Shown here piece after piece: positions 43,596 through 60,410 of a DNA stretch of 64,000 bases (its first letter is position 1; each line of letters starts with the position of its first letter). The stretch is from assembly GCF_006345805.1 (NCBI RefSeq), contig NC_043000.1:18972001-19036000 (forward strand). Direction: 5' to 3'. The notes beneath the pieces are model-generated. The model was given only the letters and a program-made list of their open reading frames with translations. It searched no databases and was not told the origin of the DNA. The position numbers and the translations under genes were made by a program. The stretch comes from Octopus sinensis. Lineage: Eukaryota.

Positions 43596-44324
43596 TATAA
43601 TGCCAACGTAACACTCATTCTCTAAGACTTAAACACCGTTGGAAACATAGCTTACAGGAATACAATTCATACTGTAGTCTGTGTTGTCAGTGCTGAGCCA
43701 TACTGATTACAATTAGACAACAAAGAACATTTTACATTAGCAGAGAAATCACAGAAATATATCAAGATAAGTATGCAATATGTCTTCAGCTTATTTTCTT
43801 CTTTCTACATTATCTTATTTCTATGATTTCATTTAATGTATATTTGTTTAATACAAATGTATATTCGAAATCTTTACCTAACTAATTCTACAACAGAATA
43901 TTGATTGTGTTCCAACAACAAATATGGAACACAAAAGATGCAGTGATTAACTAAGACTTAGAAGATCCAATAAACTTTCCAAAGATAGATATACTCGCTT
44001 CAAAACCTGGAATAGCAAACAGAATAGATAGTTTCTTATACATACCTACTGATTTATAGATTTACTTATCTTACTTATACATTTGTTTTATTTGCTGCAC
44101 AAATTTCTCTTATACACCTACACGCATATATACGTTAGCACGCCGGGCGTAATGCGTAGCCGTATTTCGTCTGCCGTTCAAATTCCGCCAAGATCGACTT
44201 TGCCTTTTATCTTTTCGGGGTCGATAAATTAAGTACCAGTTACGCACTGGGGTCGATGTAATCGACTTAATCTGTCTGTCCTTGTTTGTCCCCTCTGTGT
44301 TTAGCCCCTTGTGGGTAATAAAGA

Positions 44325-44382
<58 letters not shown>

Positions 44383-44478
44383 TATATATGGGGAGAGAAT
44401 TCACAAAAAACAGAAGACGAAGACAAGTGGTGTAGACAACAAACAGATGTATTAGTTTAACGTTCGGGAAGGGAAAAG

Positions 44479-44515
44479 TCTTTGACGTTTCGAGCCCACG
44501 CTCTTCCACAAAAGG
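44479..44515 (-). ncRNA. Minimal hammerhead-like motif, same family, degenerate core
   Basis: cuuu UGUGGA-A GAGC-gugg-GCUC GAAACGUC aaag. Confidence 0.4.
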
Positions 44516-45183
44516 AACACAGAAAGAAACAATGAGAGAAAATAAAGAATGTGTAGTCGCTAGCGATCTATCATGGCGAATGCCGGACAGAAGGGTGACA
44601 CAGGAGAGCTAGGAAGAAGGGGAGATAATAAAGTAGTGGTGATCCCAAAGCGAAGGTGTGTAAGAAAGTATGTATGTGCGTGTGGAAGAGGGCTGGTGAC
44701 CTTGACGTGTGCGTGTGTGTAGGTGTGAAGATGTGGGGCTGGGAAGTGATCAGTGCTAGTGTTTGCGTGGTGGTGTGATGTGATGCAATGTATTGTGAAG
44801 TGGTGTTGGGAAGTGGGGGAGACGAGAGTGGGTGGGGTGTGGACGAAAGCAAGGGTAGGGTGTGGTTTAGGCTGAGGGTGGGGTATGTGGGCAGGCACAT
44901 ACCCCACATGTCCGAAAAATGCCGATCGAGAATTCTTAATACGGACATCAGTTTTGGAAATTTCCGTTGCCTCACCAGTGAAGCTGACTCGATTTTTCAG
45001 CCTTTTCCGGACTCATTTCGCTATTAGTATTTACGTTTCCGTCATCCAAATTATTAGATGATTTAGCAATTTGCTAATGTGAATATATAAAATTAATATA
45101 AACAGCATTCTGCAATGTTTTATCAAAAAGGACAATTATAATGATCACTAATGTGACTAGGGTGTTAGTAAACACCTACATTG

Positions 45184-45224
<41 letters not shown>

Positions 45225-45416
45225 GCATCCTTTTTTCTCGGGAGACAATGGAGCTGCGCATAAAATAATCTAGTCCAGGTTTTACATTTCACGTCCTAAT
45301 ACATCTCCTGCTGTGACTGTCCTATCCTGGACAAACAATCCCTCTGACAGGTGCCGCAAATGTAGCGAAGACTTTGTCTGGCTGGTTATGATGTCATAGT
45401 TTCAACTATATATATG

Positions 45417-45458
<42 letters not shown>

Positions 45459-45549
45459 TATAGTTGAAATTTACAGAGAAACAAAAGACGAAGACAGGTA
45501 TATAAACAGCAAGCAGGTGTAATATTTGACGCTCTGGAATGTGAGGAAG

Positions 45550-45587
45550 TCTTTTACGTTTCGACCCTACGCTCTTCAGCAGAAAGG
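45550..45587 (-). ncRNA. Minimal hammerhead-like motif, same family (core CUGCUGA)
   Basis: cuuu CUGCUGA-A GAGC-guag-GGUC GAAACGUA aaag. Confidence 0.45.
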
Positions 45588-45783
45588 TACACGCGGAAAT
45601 AAATAGAGAGAAAAAAAATGTGTGCATGTGTGTGTGGGGGTATGCAAACACGCATGGAAACGAACACACACATACACACATTTAAGCAATGGCTTACAGA
45701 AAAGTATATATTCGGGCATACTTTTGCACAAATATTTATTCAATAAGGCTAACAAAAATATAACCGCTAGAATAGCTCCTTAC

Positions 45784-45873
45784 GTTTGACCAATTTTCGC
45801 CTATATTTGTTTTGAGTCTCCAGTAGACACTGTATCCGATCCCTGGACCACCTTGTTCCCAGATTTCAAGAGG
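45784..45873 (-). CDS. CNTN: Contactin exon f (PLEIWEQGGPGIGYSVYWRLKTNIGENWSN)
   Basis: ttttcag/gtaagg, phase 0->0; PL...G.G.GY.V.WR motif. Confidence 0.92.
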
Positions 45874-46127
45874 CTGAAAAAGAAACAATTACTGGTAAGT
45901 CACCACCAAAATAACACAAATCAAAACAAAACTCCATCAAAAGTAAGAACAGACTCACTAAACAGAACATTAAAAGAATGAAAATGTATGCTCCCCAATC
46001 ACATGTTTCCAGGTTCATTCTCACTCTGCGGTATCTTAGGCTAATGTCTTCTACTATAACCTCGTGCTGATCAAAGCCTTGTGAGTTGATTTGGTTGTCG
46101 AAAACTGAAAGAATCCCGTCGAATATA

Positions 46128-46875
46128 CGTGGTCTGATCAATAAGTATCTGGACTGTTGCCATAGTAACGAAGCTAAATCACGCAGAATAAGACCGCTTG
46201 GCATGGATTGACCCTGTTGTGCATGAGTTTTACTATTCTAGCTCACTTCCGCTGTTTACAGTAGTGCTTAGAAGGAAGGTGCGTAACGTGTGATCATAGC
46301 ATTGCCTATGACAGACAAAGTTAAGCAGCGTATCTGCCTCAAATTTTGCCAAAAGCTTGGAGATACCTGCTCAGAGGCCTACGCAAAGTTTTCGAAACGT
46401 TTTCATCGTTCTCGATTCAATCAAGATTTTGTCCAACTGAAACTCGAGGGTCTTTTTGGACAGCTGTAAGTAGTTTTGGCACAAACTTGAAAGACACGCG
46501 TCTCATACCCAAATCTTCAGTGATAATGAACTGAACCGTAACTATTTCTGCATATCCTCTGGTAACTCACGGATGGTGATTCGACGATTTCCCCTCACAA
46601 CTGTACGCATATTTGCTATGTTTTTCTCAATTCTGCTAGTTGCGGGTCTCCCAGAACGTTCGTCAATTTCGACATTTTTTCGGCCATCTTAGAAACCTCT
46701 GAACCACTCGTATACTTGTGTGTGGCTCATACACTCCTGTCCATACACATTCTGCAACTTTGCATAGGCCTCTGAGTAGGTATGGCCATGACAAACTTCT
46801 CTGTCATGGTCACCTTCCTTCCAACTACTGCTCTAAACAGCAGAGGTGAAGTAGAATGTTAAAACTTAATGCTTC
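46128..46875. mobile_element. Mariner remnant with two oppositely oriented 5' regions
   Basis: TA|cgtggtctgatcaataagtatc TIR-like end; MTDKVKQRICLKFCQKLG (+); VYEWF...DERSGRP...TEDLGMRRV..KFVPKLL (-). Confidence 0.75.
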
Positions 46876-46879
46876 TTAA

Positions 46880-47260
46880 TGAGTCCATCACATTTCAAAT
46901 GATTTCCAATTGTTGCGTGTGATACATTTAGCTTCTCTACAATTTCTCGCACAATTATATGACAATCAGATTCAACATGGCTTTGATTCAGTCAACATCA
47001 ACTTCAGTAGGTCGACTAGAACGTTGGTCATCTTCGAGTGAAAAATCTCCAGAACGGAAAATTTTAAAGCATTTCTGACATGTGCATTCTGTTAAGCAAT
47101 AAACACCATAAACTTCACATTATCTTTTGCCTTTAGGGAAATACAAAAGCAAAATATGGTGAAAATGTTCGTTTTTTTCAATCCATGTTAAAATTGACAT
47201 TGAACTAACAGCTGTAAACAAAATTAAGCGCAATTTGCTTCTAGAGTAAGCTAAAAGTAA
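46880..47260 (-). mobile_element. Second mariner-family transposase remnant (N-terminal HTH region)
   Basis: EHFHHILLLYF...FRSGDFSLEDDQRSSRPTEVD...REIVEKLNVSHATI. Confidence 0.75.
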
Positions 47261-47322
47261 CGGCTATCAATGTCAAAAAGAAAAATTCATAACATTGACA
47301 AAAGTCATTAAAAATATCGTAA

Positions 47323-47400
<78 letters not shown>

Positions 47401-47994
47401 TGTATGTATGTATGTATACACATATATATATATATGTGTGTGTGTGTGTGTCTGTACGTATGCATCTCTTCCTCTCCCGCTCTCACTCTCTCTTTCTCTC
47501 TCTCTCTCTGTATATATATATATATATATATATACACGTAACAAAAATGAGGTAAGAGAAATAAGAATGACCAATGGTATGTATATGAACAAGCAAAACA
47601 AATGTAATACAACATATATTCTTGAGTTATGAGAATCATCGCCGCCTCTAGAGACGGTATTGCTATAACCAAGTGGTAATGGAGAACACGTCCGTATGTG
47701 AAGGGAGATAACCACAAGAATCAAGGTTTTTCTCCGAATTTGACATGCCAATAAGGAAAAAAAACCAGACGTTTTGTTTGATGATAAGAGAACAGTGTCT
47801 CTGCCCCTCTAGTAAGTATCATCAACACAACAGTTATCCTAAAAGTCAATTGCAATGTAACATTTGAATGTTTGTTGAATGTCTAAGACGGTTTGAGTTG
47901 TATTACGCACACACTTATAGAAAAGAACAACCTCACTGACATCTATGTGTGCAAATGATGCAAAGATAAAGAATAAATAAATGCTTTTACTCAC

Positions 47995-48089
47995 CGACCA
48001 CTCAATTACAAGCGTTTTTACTTTTCCTCCTCCACCTGTTACGGCTTTTGGAGGCATTAATGGAGGTGAGCTCAAAGTTCGGATATAAC
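47995..48089 (-). CDS. CNTN: Contactin exon e (FN3-2 start: YIRTLSSPPLMPPKAVTGGGGKVKTLVIEWS)
   Basis: tttaag/gtgagt, phase 1->0; glycine-rich VxGGGG motif typical of contactin FN3-2. Confidence 0.93.
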
Positions 48090-48196
48090 CTTAAACGACA
48101 GAGAATAGATGTCAACTGTAATCATTAGAAGGTCAATAGGTTATCAAGACTACAATGGATTTCTGTTGTGTCGACGCCCCCAGACGATGAAGTGGA

Positions 48197-48580
48197 TGGA
48201 AGCACTCCGTCGGTTACGACGACGAGGGTTCCGGTTGATCCGAATCAACGGAACAGCCTGCTCGTGAAATTAACGTGTAAGTGGCTGAGCACTCCACAGA
48301 CACGTGTACCCTTAACGTAGTTCTCGGGGATATTCAGCGTGACACAGAGAGTGACAAGGCCGGCCCTTTGAAATACAGGTACAACAGAAACAGGAAGTAA
48401 GAGTGAGAGAAAGTTGTGGTCAAAGAGTACAGCAGGGATCACCACCATCCCCTGCCGGAGCCTCGTGGATCTTTAGGTGTTTTCGCTCAATAAACACTCA
48501 CAACGCCCGGTCTGGGAATCGAAACCGCAATCTTATGACCGCGAGTCCGCTGCCCTAACCACTGGGCCATTGCGCCTCCA
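48197..48580 (-). mobile_element. SINE B
   Basis: Homology to other B copies; no clear TSD. Confidence 0.9.
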
Positions 48581-49276
48581 GCCTAATACGTACATATAGA
48601 GGGAGAAGTCTAGACATCGAGAGTTTGAGTAGAGGACATCCGAACATGCGACATAACTGTGGCGACGAGGATTTTGTAGCTCACACAGCCACTGTGTAGT
48701 ATTGCGATATAACGAGAATCGCGACAAGACAATTTCAAATCACATTATTTCACGTTTGTCTTTTATTTGATTTTATTTGTACCGTCACAACTTGCTAGTG
48801 TTAATTACAGGTAATCGTGAATAACTCGCAACAAGTGTTCCGCATTGCCTGAACATTTCCATGCCGCATCATACTCTTTAGGGCTGGCCACGTGGAAAGC
48901 GCTAATGTCAGAATGTTCTGAAACGTGTCATCTCCAGTCAATAACACACTATGGAAATATCTTAGTACTAAGCTATATGAAGTTAGTATATGTATGTTGT
49001 TCTTACTAATGGACAAAAACAGATGGACACATCTGGAATAAATATGTATACACCATAATAACCCTATGCACTAGTGTAATACACAGACTGGGTTGCTTGA
49101 TCTCTAGAAATCAGAGACATATATAAAAATAAGATCCATGCTATTAACTTCAAGATGTAGTGTATTGTTTGCGGATTAACAGCATAAATTAAATAGCATA
49201 GAACACATGCAGAAACACAAAAAACTATAAGCGAGCAAACATGTACAAGCAAACGCAATGAAAGCACAACTCTTAC

Positions 49277-49417
49277 TTGATGGACGGCTTAAGTCTCCAA
49301 CACCTTCGATATTGGCAGCACTTATACAAAATTGATAATCTTGGTTCGAATGCAATCCAGAAATGGTGACTGAATGGAACCCTGTATCATCCATCCGGAT
49401 GCTACTCATAAGGATTT
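49277..49417 (-). CDS. CNTN: Contactin exon d (FN3-1 C-half: ILMSSIRMDDTGFHSVTISGLHSNQDYQFCISAANIEGVGDLSRPS)
   Basis: ttatag/gtaaga, phase 1->1; FN3 L-Y-F-I-A-N-G-G motif. Confidence 0.93.
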
Positions 49418-49547
49418 CTATAAAGATTGAAGGAAATTAGAAAAAGTCCACTAATCATAAAATATAACGGCATAGTATATAAATACTATATAAGATTAAT
49501 GGATATGTACCATGTACTTTTAGCTATATATAATATAATGGACTTAC

Positions 49548-49712
49548 TTGATCTTTGAAGTTTCCACTCAGGCTGGTCAATTGAACGGCTGTATACTGTA
49601 TAAATGCTAATTGGAAAACCATTATCTGGTGGAGGAACCCATTTCAAATGAACCGATGATCTTCCGATGTTCTCACCATCAGCAGCTAAACCGCTTACTT
49701 CTCCTGGGGCAC
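49548..49712 (-). CDS. CNTN: Contactin exon c (FN3-1 N-half: GAPGEVSGLAADGENIGRSSVHLKWVPPPDNGFPISIYTV...)
   Basis: ttgcag/gtaagt, phase 1->1; FN3 W-P-DNG-PI motif. Confidence 0.93.
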
Positions 49713-50362
49713 CTGCAACAAGATAAAAAAATATCAATTAAACGTAGTGATTTCTTAATGCACGAAACGTGTATTAAGAAGAAGCATATGGTCGGACGAT
49801 CGATCATCTCACAATATATATTTCTTATTAAATGCACAATATCGTAAATTTTGCTTTCAGCTTTTGCTTGTTTCAATCACTGGGTTTCATCTACGCTGAG
49901 GCATGCTTTCATTTATCTGGGAACAACAAAATAAAAATACCAGTCAAGTAGACGAGTCAGTGTCATCGATAATCTATCTCCATTTCCAAATTGCTACCCT
50001 TATACCTAAATCAAAATCCCTTATATAAAACAGCTGATCATATATATTAGTGACCCATATCAACGAATCAATGCGGAGTCTTAGTGAAAAGTCACAAACC
50101 AATAAGTGTGTACCGTCTAAGGAGCCTCTATATAATTTCTCAACATGCTAGAAATAAGAGCCAAATCTCCTTGAAACCACACCCTACTGTCTTAAAATGC
50201 AAACGAAACGTCGGATAATGTAGTCATAGATGCACCATGCCTGAAATAGATGAGATGATTATGGCTGAAACAACTTTGCTTACGGGTCTATTCAGTCAAA
50301 GCAGGCCTGATGGTCAGAGACAATAACAGAAGCACGAAAGATACGAAAACAATTATTCTTAC

Positions 50363-50489
50363 CTTTGACAGAAAGAAATGCTCTAGCTTTAATCTTGTTA
50401 ATAGTACTTTTCACAATGCAGGTGTAATAACCTGAATGTTGAATTCTCGCATTTCGAATTACGAGGCCACCTACTGGATCTTCTGCTGA
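50363..50489 (-). CDS. CNTN: Contactin exon b (C-half of Ig: SAEDPVGGLVIRNARIQHSGYYTCIVKSTINKIKARAFLSVK)
   Basis: ag/gtaaga sites, phase 0->1; Ig L-I-N...SGxYTC motif. Confidence 0.92.
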
Positions 50490-51049
50490 CTATATATAAT
50501 AACAAAAATTATTTTAAACATCAATTGATAATTTTTTTTTATTATTCATAAACAAAATGATTGTATAGAAATTTTAATTGTTCTAAGTAGATTAATTAGT
50601 AGCAATGTTAGGCTGATAGATAAGTCGGCTGCAATCTACAAATAAACATCCACCCACCCATCCATCCATCCATCCATCCATCCATCTATCCATCCATCCA
50701 TCCATCCATCCATCCATCCATCCATCCATCCATCCATCCATACATACATACATACATACATACATACTTACGCATATGTATATGTATGAGTACGTACATG
50801 TAAACATAAATACACACATCTATACATATGAGTATGTATATGTGCACATACACACAGACATACATGCATACATGTATGAAAAGTGTTTAACCAGCTGATA
50901 ACTTGTTCTAATTATTTGCTTCTTTCTTGGAAAATAGATGAATTTTATTGTGTTTTGGATTAATTGTAACTTTAACTTTATGAATGACATTTAAAACCAT
51001 TTCGGAAAGCATATATCTTTAAATTTAAATGCAGGCAAATCATCAGCTG

Positions 51050-51990
51050 ATATCTATGTGGATTGTCCAATCGAAAAACAGCTCAACTTTTTTGGTATGA
51101 ATATTCCAACAGTGAATAAATAATCAAATGGTAGATTAAGGAAGAGCATTGGTGAGTTAAGAAGAGATCCGGGAGGTGGTAGAATGTTTCTGAGAGAGCA
51201 AAAAAGAGCATTTAACCGGATGTTTTTATACATCAACGTTAGAGTGGTTGCAAATTCTATGGAAATGCCATCATGTGACATAAGAACAGTGATGAAAGAT
51301 CTTGGATATGAACAAAAAGTTATAAAAAAGAAAGCGATTGTTTCAAAATTAATGTTACTGAAATATTCAGTTTGGCTTAGGAGTTTTGCAGTAAGGAGAA
51401 TGAATTTTGGTTGTCAATCATTTTAGCCTGACGAAAGCAAATTTTCTAAAGTTCAAATTCAAGGGACAGCATGGGTGAAACATGATAACCATATTTTTTG
51501 CAAGTAACAGCTAAACATGGATGAGTTGGAGTTACTGCGTGATGAAGAACCAATTTGAGAGAGAAATGAGAGGGTATTTATGTTGAAAATTATTTAAATA
51601 GCTCCATATTGCGAGGAATACTACAAAAGGGCCAATACTTCATCAATTCCATTGTAGGAATTATTAAGTTCAACTTTTTTTTCCAGAAGAAGGAGTTCTA
51701 TACCAACCAAGTGAAGTCTTACAGACCTGAAAAAGAATTCCAAGAATCAAATCCATGAATGTAGTTGCTCAAAACCCCAGCTCTAATCTAACAGAGCATG
51801 TGCAGAAACATCTTAACAGAAAGTTGCGTGTAAAACTATCCGAAGTTGCATTAATTACAGAGCTGAAAGAAGTTTGAACCTAAGTGGATAAACATAGAAT
51901 CAATCTGTCATGGTTAATGCAACGATTATGTCTAAATGGACGAGAGAAGGGATATTACTAAAAGGTGGGATTACAAAAGACTGTGGCAAA
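51050..51990 (+). mobile_element. Highly degenerate Tc1-like transposase remnant
   Basis: DESKF-like motif near 51430 and decayed downstream motifs; weak. Confidence 0.4.
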
Positions 51991-52010
51991 AGTTCAATCT
52001 ATCTAACTAA

Positions 52011-52333
52011 ATGGCACTCCGTCGCTTACGACGACCAGGGTTCCAGTTGATCCGCTCAACAGAACATCCTGTTCGTGAAATTAACGTGCAAGCGCCTGAG
52101 CATTCCACAGATACGCATACTCTTAACGCAGTTCTCTGGGAGATTCAGCGTGACACAGAATGTGACAAGGCTGGCCCTTTGAAATATAATTGCTACTCAT
52201 TTTTGCCAGCCGAGTGAACTGGAGCAACGTGAAATAAGGTGTCTTGCTCAAAGACACAACACACAGCAGGGAATCGAACTCGCGACCTCACGATTGTGAA
52301 CCGAAGACTCTAACCACTAAGCCATGCATCTCC
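52011..52333 (-). mobile_element. SINE F: different head with B-type 3' module
   Basis: Shares ttaatttcacgaacagg...gacggagtgcca 3' half with B. Confidence 0.7.
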
Positions 52334-52680
52334 ACGATCTATCAAACCTGGATGAATACAGAAGTGATTACCTGCATTGACAAGTTTAACCCTTGAGTGA
52401 AAATATATTGATCGGAATGCTTTTGCCCATTCATCGAAATTAGTGATATCGTTTATCTTGTATCTTTCTTTCAGTCATTGGACTGCGGCCATGCTGGGGC
52501 ACCGTCTTGATGGGTTTCATCGAAAGAATCGCCCCCAAAATTTATATTTTAAGCCTGCTACTCCTTCTATAGGTTTCTTTTGCCGAAGCGCTAATTTACA
52601 CGGGACGTAAACAAAGTCAAAACCGGTTGTCAAGCGGTCATGGGAAACAAACACAAACACACACACACACACACACTCAC

Positions 52681-52715
<35 letters not shown>

Positions 52716-53163
52716 CACCACACACACACACACACACAGAGGATTCATTAAGGTTCCATCAACCAAATTCAAGATTTTAGTCAGCTGGGGACTATAGTAA
52801 AAAAAAAAAACACTTGACCAAGGTGCTGCGTAGTCGGACTGAACCTCAGGCCACATGGTTGGGAAGCAAGCATTACAACCACACAGCCACTCCTCTCCAA
52901 ATGTAGCCTAAGCAATCGTTTGGCCTATCAGACATTAAAGTTACTTTAGATTGTTAAGCAAGAGATGAAATTAAGGTTTTCTGAAAATAAATCTTTGTGA
53001 ACAGTTTAAACAAATTATGTGAATTAGTATATATAAATTACTATTGACAGTACTCTTAAAAGGATTAATATACACACACAAATATACATACATTATACAT
53101 TCGAACATACACGAATACATAGACACATACATACATACATACATACATACATACATACATACA

Positions 53164-53195
<32 letters not shown>

Positions 53196-53239
53196 ACACA
53201 CACAACGCACACGCACACACACATATATACATATGTATA

Positions 53240-53317
<78 letters not shown>

Positions 53318-53650
53318 TATAGAGGAATTGCTTATTAGATTTTGGATATAAATAAGTATAAATTCTATTTTTTGCAGCAAAACTTTAAAACAATGACAGA
53401 CTTAATCTGAGCAAGCAATTTATTTTTCTGAAAATAATCTAGAATTAGGGAAATATTCAATTTTTTTTTATTGGTGTTGTCAACTATCTTTTATCTTTTT
53501 ATCTTTCACTATTTACTTTCCGACCGTTAAAATTTGGCACTTATTCAATCGGACGCAAAAAAACCAATACCGGTTGTGACATCGTAGGCGGAAAAACACA
53601 AACACAATGACACCGACACAAATATCGCGTGTGCACACACAATAATAATG

Positions 53651-57253
<3,603 letters not shown>

Positions 57254-57699
57254 CAATAATAATAATAATAATAATGATGATGATGATGATGATGCTGATG
57301 ATGATGATGATGATGATGATAATAATAATAATAATAACAATAATAATGATTCGGGAAAGAATCAGGTACGTCAATGATAGAACCAGGTTGAGTTGAATTT
57401 GCTTGTAAACACCAGCTTTTGTCGAATAAACATACTGGGTACTGAAGTACATCCAGTGAAATATTGAGGTTATGCATACAGAGATGTTAACGCTTACGAG
57501 TATTTAAAGCTTAGGGGCTGGTCCAAAGTGTATGTTGTATTGGTCGCGCGGTGTTTGAAATACTCCAGGATATCCGACGGATCGGAATCCCTTTTGGTGT
57601 ATTATAAACAAATAAATAAATAACAAAATAAATAAACAACAAACATCGTTTGTCATTTAGTTATTTATTTGCGTATGCACACACACACACACACACACA

Positions 57700-57730
<31 letters not shown>

Positions 57731-57740
57731 CCACACACAC

Positions 57741-57771
<31 letters not shown>

Positions 57772-57824
57772 TGTTGTATTTCGGGAAGGACTAAGCGGAT
57801 AACAGCACACACGAGGAGGGAAAG

Positions 57825-57869
57825 TGTCGCTGAAGAAGTCACAGATGTGTGACGAAAGATGTCCAGACA
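57825..57869 (+). ncRNA. Hammerhead-like motif
   Basis: ugucg CUGAAGA-A GUCACA-gaug-UGUGAC GAAA gaug UC cagaca; one change from ACAUGU palindrome. Confidence 0.5.
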
Positions 57870-58464
57870 ATGGACATGAGTTAGAATAAGAACAGAAATA
57901 AACGAGTGAAGAACGAATATATATTGTGGCGTGTTTATTTGCCCCCCCCCCAAAAAAAAGAGAAAAAAACTAGGCGCAGGAGTGGCTGTGTGGTAAGTAG
58001 CTTGTTTACCAACCACGTGGTTCCGGGTTCAGTCCCACTGCGTGGCACCTTGGGCAAGTGTCTTCTGCTATAGCCTCGGGCCGACCAAAGCCTTGTGAGT
58101 GGATTTGGTAGATGGAAACTGAAAGAAGCCCGTCGTATATATGTATATATATATATGTGTGTGTCTGTGATTGTCCCCCTAGCATTGCTTGACAACCGAT
58201 GCTGGTGTGTTTACGTCCCCGTCACTTAGCGGTTCGGCAAAAGAGACCGATAGAATAAGTACTGGGCTTACAAAAGAATAAGTCCCGGGGTCGAGTTGCT
58301 CGATTAAAGGCGGTGCTCCAGCATGGCCGCAGTAAAAATGACTGAAACAAGTAAAAAGAAAAAGAAAAAGAAGAAGAATTTCCGTCTGAAATACAATATC
58401 TGTTTCATCACACGATTTCACATCAGGAATTTTGCTACACAAATTCATAAATGTGTATGTGCGT

Positions 58465-58506
<42 letters not shown>

Positions 58507-59600
58507 TGTGTGTGTGTGTGTTTGTGTGCGTGTGTGTGGCGAGCTGGCAGAAACGTTAGCACCCTGGATGAAATGCGTACCCGTATTTTGTCTGCCGCGA
58601 CGTTCTGAGTTCAAATTCCGCCGAGGTCGACTTTGCTTTTCATCCTTTCGGAGTCGATAAATTAAGTACCAGTAACGTACTGGGGTCGATGTAATCGACT
58701 TAATTAGTTTGTCTGTCCTTGTTTGTCCCCTCTGCGTGTAGCCCCTTGTGGGTAAAAAAGAAACATATACATACACACGACGGGTTTCCATGCAATTTCC
58801 ACCAACCAAATTTACTTACAAGTTACTGGTCGGCTCAGGGTTATCATAGAGGACACTTGACCAAGGTACCGCACAGTAGGCCAGAACCCGAAACCACATG
58901 GTTGCAAAGCGAACCTTTGAACAACACAGGTATGCCTGCGCCAGTAAGTATATACTTAAGTGCAAAGTTTAGTGTGAAATAAATCTTGAAACAAGGTCGG
59001 TCTGTAATATTTTGTTCACAGCCAAATACTATACTCTTTTACTCTTTACTCTTTTACTTGTTTCAGTCATTTGACTGCGGCCATGCTGGAGCACCGCCTT
59101 TAGTCGAGCAAATCGACCCCGGGACGTATTCTTTGTAAGCCCAGTACTTATTCTATCGGTCTCTTTTGCCGAACCGCTAAGTGACGGGGACGTAAGCACA
59201 CCAGCATCGGTTGTCAAGCAATGCTAGGGGGACAATCACAGAAACACATACACACACATATTTATATATATATACGACAGGCTTCTTTCAGTTTCCGTCT
59301 ACCAAATCCACTCACAAGGCATTGGTCGGCCCCGGGGCTATAGCAGAAGACACTTGCCCAAGATGCCACGCAGTGGGACTGAACCCGGAACCATGTGGTT
59401 GGTTAGCAAAGTTTAATATCGTTACACGAAATATTTTAAATTTTATTTATATTATAATCGCAGTTTCAAGTTGAGAGAATTGATGAGTTGGACTTACAAG
59501 GGAGTGTCTGGAACTGGATGCAGAACAACTATTTCAAATAACTTTCTTGATAAAATACCTTCGCTTCTTGCCTCTCATCGTCGGGAAACAAACAAGCACG

Positions 59601-59645
<45 letters not shown>

Positions 59646-59952
59646 CACACACACTTGCACACGCACACGTAGATACATACACACACATACACACACACAC
59701 TCATACACACACACGCACACACGCACGCGCACGCACACACATTCACGCATGTACAAGGTACTTCCAAATAGTTTCCATCAATGAAATTCTATTCAGAAGG
59801 TATTTGTCAACCGGAGATTATGCCTCGCACTGGATAAAAATAAATGAGGTCACGTGATTGTAAAATATTCAATATGGCCGGTTTTCATACCAGACATTTT
59901 GTAGAAAAGTGGAGTGAAGCAATTACGTCATAACTATGTAAAAATAAATTAC

Positions 59953-60116
59953 CAAACTGAAATGTTGATTATTCTCAAAGTCTATTTTGATGTCATTGAA
60001 GAACCATTCATGTACTGTATCCATACTGGGATTATACGACGCATCACAACGCAGAGTTGCCGTTTCGTTTACATTAACCTCTGTGTTTTGCGGCTTTGTA
60101 GTTATAACTAATGCCT
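59953..60116 (-). CDS. CNTN: Contactin exon a (N-half of last Ig domain: ALVITTKPQNTEVNVNETATLRCDASYNPSMDTVHEWFFNDIKIDFENNQHFSL)
   Basis: ttcag acceptor, gtaatt donor, phase 1->0; Ig motif LRC...W; in frame with next exon. Confidence 0.9.
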
Positions 60117-60379
60117 CTGAAATACATAAGAAGAATAATACATGGTAAAGAAATCCTTGATAAAATATATAAATATTTTCATCGAACAGTGTGGCTAAAT
60201 ATTTAGTAATTGCTAATATATTATAATATTATGGTAACGAAGTACATTTGGTGAAATATAGTTATAATGGGAAGGTTAGTATATTTGATACATAACTATT
60301 TGAGTGCTATCGTACCACCTGAAGCTTTCCTTTTCACGCAATCAGTATTATTTTTGTAATACATACATACATACATACA

Positions 60380-60410
<31 letters not shown>

